From assembly GCA_964492995.1 (NCBI GenBank), contig CAZBOB010000003.1, positions 7,114 through 71,113 on the forward strand: a stretch of 64,000 nt of DNA, read 5' to 3'. Under the pieces are notes generated by a model. The model saw nothing but the letters and a program-made list of their open reading frames with translations, ran no database searches and had not been told where the DNA came from. Positions 57,844 through 64,000 of this stretch are shown piece by piece. Position 1 is the first letter of the stretch. The number at the start of each line of letters is the position of its first letter. This DNA comes from an uncultured Desulfobacteraceae bacterium (GTDB lineage Bacteria; Desulfobacterota; Desulfobacteria; Desulfobacterales; UBA11574). The position numbers and the translations under genes were made by a program.

Positions 57844-59292
57844 ATGAAACCTATGGAGATTCCCACATTTCAACCTCGGCTTAAGGTCTTAAACCGTGAT
57901 CAAACCCTGGCAATACATGCTGCGGCCCTGGAGATTCTCGATAAAACGGGCTTTAAGATGGAACACCCCGACGCCAGGGAAATACTTGTGGATGCCGGAT
58001 GCCGGATTTTAAACAACGATTGGTTACGGATGCCGTCTTACCTTGTCGAAGAGGCTCTGAGATCCGCCCCGACACAAATAACGCTTTATGACCAGAAGGG
58101 GAACAAAACAATGCCTCTTGCCAATGGCAACTTTTTTTATGGAACCGGTTCAGATGCCACGTTTACCTTGGATCTGGAAACCGGTGACCGCCGGCGTGCG
58201 GTCAAAAAAGATGTCGGAAACTTTGCCAGGTTGGTGGACGGGCTTGAGAACATCGCTTTTGCCATGTCGATGGGTAACCCCGAGGATGTGCCCATCGAAT
58301 ATATTTATGTGTATGTTTTTGCCGAAATGGTTAAAAACACCAACAAACCGATTGTATTCATCGCGGACAGTGGTAAAGACATCGCCAAAATATATGATAT
58401 TGCATGTCAAGTGGCCGGAAGCGAAGATGCCCTTCAAAGAAAGCCTTTCATACTAAATTATTCGGAGGCCATCAGTCCCCTGCGTTTTCCTGAAAACGTC
58501 ATGGAACGGCTTATGTTCTGCGCCGAAAAAAAGATTCCCGTCTGCTTTCCGTCCGGTTCAAACGCAGGCGGCGGGGCACCGGTCACCCTTGCCGGGGCCA
58601 TGGCGCTGGGAATCGCTGAGAATTTGGTGGGGCTCGTCGTTCACCAGTTGGTCGGTAAAGGATCGCCGTTTCTCTTCGGTCCCAACGTCAGCACCCTGGA
58701 TATGAAGTCCAGCGTAGTTTCGTATGGTTGCCCGGAGTGGAGTCTCACTCAGGCCGCACTTGCGGATATGCGTGACGAGATATACGGCCTGCCCATATGG
58801 GCATTTGCCGGTGCTTCGGATGCAAAGGTCATGGATGCCCAGGCAGGGGCGGAAGCCATGTTTTCCATCATTACCGCCCTGCTGTCTCGTTCAAACCTGA
58901 TCCACGATGTGGGTTTTCTGGAATACGGAAGTACATCTTGTCTTGAGATGGTCACCATGGCCAACGAACTTATCTCCATGAGCAGGTTTTTTGCTGATGG
59001 GATACCGGTTACTGACCAAACCCTGGCTATCGATGCCATAGAAAGGGTTGCCAGGGGCGAACCGGGTTCCATATTTCTCACGGATGATCACACCTTTGAG
59101 AATTTCATGCAATCTTTGTTTCTTCCCCAACTTCTGGATCGTTCTCGCTATGATTCCTGGAAAAGTGCTGGGGCTATGGATTTTTATAACCGCTGTAATT
59201 TGGAGGCAAAACGAATCCTGTCCGAACATCAGGTGGTTCCAAAACCGGATGAAGTGCTCAAGAGAATTAATGAGATTCTTCAAAATCTCTGA
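57844..59292 (+). CDS. MttB-superfamily protein, non-pyrrolysine, paralog 3
   Basis: 482-aa uninterrupted ORF with an AAGGAG Shine-Dalgarno and MttB family blocks. Confidence 0.85.
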   Translation: MKPMEIPTFQPRLKVLNRDQTLAIHAAALEILDKTGFKMEHPDAREILVDAGCRILNNDWLRMPSYLVEEALRSAPTQITLYDQKGNKTMPLANGNFFYGTGSDATFTLDLETGDRRRAVKKDVGNFARLVDGLENIAFAMSMGNPEDVPIEYIYVYVFAEMVKNTNKPIVFIADSGKDIAKIYDIACQVAGSEDALQRKPFILNYSEAISPLRFPENVMERLMFCAEKKIPVCFPSGSNAGGGAPVTLAGAMALGIAENLVGLVVHQLVGKGSPFLFGPNVSTLDMKSSVVSYGCPEWSLTQAALADMRDEIYGLPIWAFAGASDAKVMDAQAGAEAMFSIITALLSRSNLIHDVGFLEYGSTSCLEMVTMANELISMSRFFADGIPVTDQTLAIDAIERVARGEPGSIFLTDDHTFENFMQSLFLPQLLDRSRYDSWKSAGAMDFYNRCNLEAKRILSEHQVVPKPDEVLKRINEILQNL

Positions 59293-59347
59293 CTTCAATG
59301 TATGGTATTTCTTTGTAAATCAGCAGCATCGGAGAGTTGAATTCATC

Positions 59348-60784
59348 ATGGAAAAGAAATTTCCCTTCAGCAGTCTGTTTAGACCGGAAGATATCAAACA
59401 GATAGACCATGCGGGACGACGGATTTTGGAACGTGTCGGGATTAAAATCCATTGCCGATTTTGTCTAGACATGTTGGAAAAAGCGGGCGTTCAGATTGAT
59501 AATAATGCTCAAATAGCTCGCTTTGAAACTGCCTGGCTGAATGAAATATTGGCACAGGCCCCCTCCGGCTCTGTTCTCTATTCCCGCGACGGTCTCAACG
59601 ATGTTCATATGGGAGCAGGCCAGGTCAATTTTTCTAACGGCGGCAGGGTGTTTCGAATCCTTGATATGGGGACGGGAGGCTACCGGCTCACCATGCTCAG
59701 AGATGTGGCCAACACCGCTGCCCTGGTGAACCAGCTCGATAATATTCGCTTATATATCATATCCTGCCAGGCCCATGACATAGAACAGCAATACTATCAT
59801 TTGAATGATTTCTATTATGCCCTGAACCACACCACCAAACATGTAATGGGCGGCTGTGATAATCTGGAAGGCGTAAAGCAGATGTGGGAACTCGCCGGTT
59901 TTGTAGCGGGAGGAAAAGAAAAGCTCAGACAGAAGCCCTTTGTTTCCGTGATAACCAATCCCATAAGCCCCCTTACCTTTGGGTATGACACCTTAGATAT
60001 TCTCAAGTTTTGCTGCCAAAACGGCATCCCTGTCACCTGCGCACCGGCGCCCATTTCCGGCACCACTGCCCCGGCTACCCTGGCCGGCACCCTTTCCCAA
60101 ATGCATGCCGAAGCTTTGGCCGGCGTTGCCATCGCTCAGGTGTGCGCCCCGGGCGCCAGGGTGCTTTATGGTGCGGTACCCTCAACAATGGATTTGCGGA
60201 ACATGGAATACACCATGGGTTCATTGGAAATGGCATTGATGAACGCTGCCGCGGTTCAACTGGCAAAGCTTTATAATTTGCCCATTTACGCCTCGGCAGG
60301 AGTTACCGAGGCCAAGAGGCCCGATATTCAGGCGGGCTGTGAAAAGAGTTTTTCCAATTTAATGGTAGCCATGAGCGGAGCGGATCTCATTCATCTGGCG
60401 GCAGGCATGCTCGATTCGGGCAATTCTATTTCTTACGAACAGTATGTTATTGATAATGAAATTATCGGTATGATTTACAAAATTCTATCCGGTATCCGGG
60501 TGAGCAGGGAGACGCTCGGTTCCGGCGTAATTGAAGAGGTTGGCCCTGGGGGGAATTATGTCATGGCAGACCACACCGTCAAACATATGATGGAAGAATT
60601 CTTCTATCCCGATCTTGCCGTGCGCTGCAATTTCGATATCTGGGAACAAAGGGGTCGGCCCAACATGTTGAGCCAAGCAAAAAAACGGGTTGAAAAAATT
60701 TTAAAAGAAAATATGGATGGGCTCTTAGACCCTGAGCTTATTTCTGAGATAAAAGTTCGTTTTCCGGGAATACAAAATATTTAA
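59348..60784 (+). CDS. MttB-superfamily protein, non-pyrrolysine, paralog 4
   Basis: 478 aa from ATG 59348. By eye it is closest to paralog 1 (TKHVMGG, GIPVT, TAPATLAG, DNEIIGM, GPGGNY). Confidence 0.85.
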   Translation: MEKKFPFSSLFRPEDIKQIDHAGRRILERVGIKIHCRFCLDMLEKAGVQIDNNAQIARFETAWLNEILAQAPSGSVLYSRDGLNDVHMGAGQVNFSNGGRVFRILDMGTGGYRLTMLRDVANTAALVNQLDNIRLYIISCQAHDIEQQYYHLNDFYYALNHTTKHVMGGCDNLEGVKQMWELAGFVAGGKEKLRQKPFVSVITNPISPLTFGYDTLDILKFCCQNGIPVTCAPAPISGTTAPATLAGTLSQMHAEALAGVAIAQVCAPGARVLYGAVPSTMDLRNMEYTMGSLEMALMNAAAVQLAKLYNLPIYASAGVTEAKRPDIQAGCEKSFSNLMVAMSGADLIHLAAGMLDSGNSISYEQYVIDNEIIGMIYKILSGIRVSRETLGSGVIEEVGPGGNYVMADHTVKHMMEEFFYPDLAVRCNFDIWEQRGRPNMLSQAKKRVEKILKENMDGLLDPELISEIKVRFPGIQNI

Positions 60785-60862
60785 AACTTAAAGCTCTCGT
60801 GAAAAAGCCATTTTTTTGACTTTTTAGGAGACTATCAAAACATGATGGTTTCGTAAAAACAT

Positions 60863-61040
60863 GAGACCTTTGAAAAATGTCCAATTTTGTTCAAGGCCAA
60901 GAAAGGCGAAAATTTTAACCACCCCGGAGAAATAGGCTTCGCATTTCACGGGGCAGGCACGAATACATTGGGTATTTTGAGGATTAAAATTTGAGCCTGA
61001 CGCAGGAATTGGGCAAAAGGGGGCGTTTTGCAGAGGTCTC
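60863..61040 (+). repeat. nested-hairpin repeat, copy B (carries a ~40-nt hairpin insert)
   Basis: GAGACCTTTGAAAAATG...GCGTTTTGCAGAGGTCTC. Relative to copy C it has an insert at 60922-60960. Confidence 0.85.
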
Positions 61041-61154
61041 ACATGGATCACAGGGTAAAAGGAGGCAAAAATTTGCTCAATAATACGCCTTATCGCTTGT
61101 GGAGTTTTCAGACCTGCCCTTAAGTTACTTCGGCTGGAAGAAAAATATCCGCAA

Positions 61155-61664
61155 TTGCGTGTAACTTTTTTGCCGTCTAATCTGCACCTGTATCCACATA
61201 CGTTAAAAAAAAACCTGATCGGAGAAATTGTCTCCGCCCGGAAACGAAATGAACGGCCTTTATTGTTATATGGATACTGTGTGCCAGGTATTGAAGAGAT
61301 CTGTACCCAAAATTGCGCGCATAAGGTTTCCGGACTTCATTGTTATGAAATGCTTCTCGGGAGCGATAGATATGACCAGATCATGGCAAAAACAGCCGGC
61401 ACCTATTTTTTGGAAAAAGAGCTTATTGTTAACTTCAGGGAATACTGTCTCGAACCTCTGGAACTTTACGACAGTGAAATTCGAAAGTCTTTTTTCAAGC
61501 ACTATAAAAAACTGATGTATGTGAGACAACCCTCTGATCCGGATTTAGAGGCCGCAGCCAATGAACTGGCCGGATTTTTAAACCTGTCTTTAGAAATAAT
61601 AGACGCAGATTATTCGCATTTGAACAAAAGACTCATTCATTTGATACACACGGGTATTGCCTGA
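61155..61664 (+). CDS. DUF1638 domain protein (start probably upstream, near 61071)
   Basis: The frame stays open back to 61059 and encodes ...IRLIACGVFRPALKLLRLEEKYPQLRVTFLPSNLH, typical of a DUF1638 N-terminus. That stretch contains no ATG, GTG or TTG. Confidence 0.7.
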   Translation: MRVTFLPSNLHLYPHTLKKNLIGEIVSARKRNERPLLLYGYCVPGIEEICTQNCAHKVSGLHCYEMLLGSDRYDQIMAKTAGTYFLEKELIVNFREYCLEPLELYDSEIRKSFFKHYKKLMYVRQPSDPDLEAAANELAGFLNLSLEIIDADYSHLNKRLIHLIHTGIA

Positions 61665-61804
61665 GATCAGTCAGATTTCCCCCGACCGGGTTCCGGGTAG
61701 GATCAGAACACATGAAAAAGCCGAAAAAAAAGAAAAAAACTTCAAAAAAAAGACGCAGCGCTACCGGATTTTTGCCACTCAAAAAGCAAAAAAGTAAATA
61801 TGTC

Positions 61805-63646
61805 ATGTTAAATGTGCTTCCCGATGACCTGTGGTTGAAACTGCGTAAAGGAACAACCATATGGGAGGCCCTGCAAAAGACCGACGTGGCGCTGGAAAGT
61901 GATTGCGGGGGGCTGGGCAAATGCGGGAAATGTAAAATACGAGTCATTTCTTCGGTAAGACCTCCTGTCGCAGAAGAGAAAGAGCTTCTCGACCCGGAGG
62001 AGCTGAGAAATGGTGTTCGTCTTGCCTGTCGTGTCAAAATCAGAAAGGACCTTATCATCCATACCGGAGAATCGGATGATGAGCCGATCCTCCACCAGAT
62101 ACTTAAAACCGGCCACAGACCCACGGTTGATATCGATCCCCTTATAAACAAACGACCGGTTGACCTGCCGCCTGAATCCGGCCGTGACGGATTGTCCGAT
62201 CTGGACCGCGTCAAAGCCGCTATGGGTTCGGAATATAGCGACCTGAAAGCATCCCTTCACTGTCTCCGTTTTCTGACCGAAACGATGAAAAAAACGGAAA
62301 ACCATGGAACGGCCGTACTTCACGAAAACTATTTGATGGCATGGCAAAATCGGGAACAAGCAAGGCGGGTTTTCGGACTTGTTTTTGATCTGGGAACCAG
62401 CACGTTGGTCGGCAAACTCGTAAATCTGCTGAACGGAAGTGAGGTGGCAGCAATCTCCAGGCTCAATAGCCAAAGCAAATACGGATCAAACGTAATTAGT
62501 CGTCTGCAGTACATCAAGGAAAATCAAAACGGCCTTTTCACGCTTACCGACCTTCTCGTTAAGGATTTGAACTCGATTACCCAACGCCTTTTAGAAGTGG
62601 AAGGGCTTTCCCCTGAGGATATCTTTATTGCCGTTGCTGCCGGAAACACTACCATGCAGCACATTTTTCTGAGTTTGAACCCCCTGGGAATCGCGGGTGC
62701 GCCTTTTTCTCCTGTTTTAACCGATGGATTGATTCTCAGGGCAAAAGATGCCGGCCTAAGACTGCATCCGGAAGCCAGGTTGTATGTAATGCCGACCAAA
62801 TCCGGCTATATCGGCGGCGACATGATCAGCACCATCCTCGCATCCTCTGCCGCAGAACAGGATGATAAAATTATTCTCGGTCTTGACCTTGGCACCAATG
62901 GAGAAATTTTCTTGGGTAACCGGCAAAAGCTGTTGACCTGCTCTGCAGCGGCCGGCCCGGCCTTGGAAGGTGCGCAAATTTCCCAGGGAATGATCGCCAG
63001 CAGCGGTGCTATTGAAGGCGTCAATTTTCATGAAGATAGGCTTCGTTATCAGGTTATCGGTAACATTTTACCAAAAGGGATTTGCGGAAGCGGACTGGTA
63101 GACCTGGTGGCCGTGCTTCTGCATTGCGGCATTATCGATTCCCAAGGATTGATTTTGCCGCCACGGGAAAATGCTGATGATTATCTGAGTTCGAGGATTG
63201 TTAAAAATTCAGGGGTGCAAGACTTTCTTGTGGCTTCCAAAGAAGAAAGCTCCGGCAACAGGCCGATATATCTCACCCAGAAAGACGTACGCGAACTTCA
63301 GCTTGCAAAGGGCGCTGTGGCAGCCGGTATCCAGACGCTTATGGATAAAATGGGTATCGGGATTCAGGATCTTGACCAGATTTATCTGGCTGGTGCGCTG
63401 GGTAATTTCGTTAACCCATACAGTGCCATGCGAATCGGCCTGCTTCCCACGGTTGATCCGGACAAAATCAAGTCCCTTGGCAACGCTGCCAGCAAGGGCG
63501 CCGTGATGGTCCTTTTATCCAGGCCTCACTGGCAAAAGGCCAACGACCTTGCCAAATCCATAGAACATGTTGAGCTGTCCACCCATCTTGACTTCAACCG
63601 GTATTTTGTCGATAATCTGAATTTCCCTGATACAAATCTATGGTAG
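61805..63646 (+). CDS. RamA-like reductive activator of corrinoid proteins (2Fe-2S ferredoxin domain plus ASKHA/DUF4445 ATPase)
   Basis: N-terminal CGGLGKCGKCKIRV...LACRV, then FDLGTSTLVGKL and LDLGTNGEI phosphate-binding loops. The longest ORF starts at 61712 with a poly-Lys extension. Confidence 0.82.
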   Translation: MLNVLPDDLWLKLRKGTTIWEALQKTDVALESDCGGLGKCGKCKIRVISSVRPPVAEEKELLDPEELRNGVRLACRVKIRKDLIIHTGESDDEPILHQILKTGHRPTVDIDPLINKRPVDLPPESGRDGLSDLDRVKAAMGSEYSDLKASLHCLRFLTETMKKTENHGTAVLHENYLMAWQNREQARRVFGLVFDLGTSTLVGKLVNLLNGSEVAAISRLNSQSKYGSNVISRLQYIKENQNGLFTLTDLLVKDLNSITQRLLEVEGLSPEDIFIAVAAGNTTMQHIFLSLNPLGIAGAPFSPVLTDGLILRAKDAGLRLHPEARLYVMPTKSGYIGGDMISTILASSAAEQDDKIILGLDLGTNGEIFLGNRQKLLTCSAAAGPALEGAQISQGMIASSGAIEGVNFHEDRLRYQVIGNILPKGICGSGLVDLVAVLLHCGIIDSQGLILPPRENADDYLSSRIVKNSGVQDFLVASKEESSGNRPIYLTQKDVRELQLAKGAVAAGIQTLMDKMGIGIQDLDQIYLAGALGNFVNPYSAMRIGLLPTVDPDKIKSLGNAASKGAVMVLLSRPHWQKANDLAKSIEHVELSTHLDFNRYFVDNLNFPDTNLW

Positions 63647-63786
63647 ACCGGCTGATACTCCTAACACCCAGATTGGAGACAAACCGTTCTCCCTCCTTTT
63701 CGAATATCTCTGACCTTTATACCATGGGCAAGCTTTTTAGGATCTCAAATTCGATCTTATTACAGGCTACGAAACTTTTATAAATA

Positions 63787-63928
63787 GAGACCTTTGAAAA
63801 ATGCTCAATTTTGTTCAAGACCAAGGAAGGCGAAAATTTTAACCACAGGAATACATTGAGTATTTTGAGGATTAAAATTTGAGCCTGACGCCAGAATTGG
63901 GCAAAAGGGGGCGTTTTTCAAAGGTCTC
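63787..63928 (+). repeat. nested-hairpin repeat, copy C (cleanest copy)
   Basis: 15-bp perfect outer arms GAGACCTTTGAAAAA / TTTTTCAAAGGTCTC, with three further internal helices. Confidence 0.88.
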
Positions 63929-63937
63929 GAATAGGAA

Positions 63938-64000
63938 TTAGAGCTTAAGCAGTCTTGCAGCATTTCGGCCGCAAATCGAGTCGATCTCATCTTGTGGTAG
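63938..64000 (-). CDS. 3' end of a minus-strand gene (amidohydrolase-like C-terminus; the rest lies outside the window)
   Basis: The reverse-strand translation LPQDEIDSICGRNAARLLKL-stop resembles the common amidohydrolase-fold C-terminal ending. Confidence 0.35.
   Translation of the reverse strand, partial: LPQDEIDSICGRNAARLLKL

Noticed and set aside
59048-59347. 100-codon N-terminal extension of the MttB paralog 4 ORF, overlapping the 3' end of paralog 3.
   Set aside because: The extension has no similarity to the other paralogs. Homology starts at MEKKFPFSS (ATG 59348), which has its own GGAGAG Shine-Dalgarno just after the paralog 3 stop.
26184-60784. Possible pyrrolysine (in-frame TAG) recoding in the MttB genes.
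   Set aside because: All four ORFs are full length without any internal TAG, and no pylT/pylS/pylBCD-like genes appear in the window.
61712-61804. Poly-lysine N-terminal extension (MKKPKKKKKTSKKRR...) of the RamA-like protein.
   Set aside because: It is a translation of an A-rich spacer. The ferredoxin-like domain begins right after the internal Met at 61805.

Overview
This 64-kb window looks like a chromosomal segment from a moderately AT-rich anaerobe. I guess Desulfobacterota from gene content and protein signatures, but that is not verifiable here. Bases 1-14.9 kb are a conserved housekeeping block: pheT 3' end, a MerR regulator, tRNA-Gly(CCC), rimP-nusA-infB-DUF503-rbfA-nrnA-like-truB, rpsO-pnp, an M16 peptidase, dut and an MBL hydrolase. 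From about 15 kb onward the window is accessory and heavily paralogous. It holds two NarL-type two-component sets, two SlyD-like FKBPs and two paralogous small membrane proteins. It also holds two diverged copies of a three-gene cassette (PRC-barrel protein, zinc-ribbon-YbjQ protein, small RHH protein), each preceded by the same metK-fragment junction. These two copies bracket an ~18-kb module containing an osmoprotectant ABC transporter, a MarR regulator and corrinoid methyltransferase cluster 1. Cluster 1 comprises a stand-alone MetH-activation-like domain, two non-Pyl MttB paralogs, a MeTr/MtgA-like enzyme and a corrinoid protein, followed in the same gene string by a 422-aa SAM methyltransferase, the intact metK and a Cys-less AsnB homolog. 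Cluster 2 (56.3-63.6 kb) has a MeTr-like enzyme, a corrinoid protein, two more MttB paralogs, DUF1638 and a RamA-like reductive activator. Other content includes tandem BON proteins, an MscS channel plus an MscS remnant, a DUF151 nuclease, and a sucrose cluster (SPP-like, fructokinase, SPS-SPP fusion, sucrose synthase). Intergenic DNA carries several families of long palindromic or hairpin repeats. One family occurs four times and only beside the methyltransferase genes. I saw no integrase, transposase, CRISPR array, cas gene, reverse transcriptase or rRNA. Most worth follow-up are the extended cluster 1 operon, the duplicated PRC/YbjQ/RHH cassette with its metK' junction, and the methyltransferase-associated hairpin repeats. 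All functional calls rest on motifs read by eye, with no database search.
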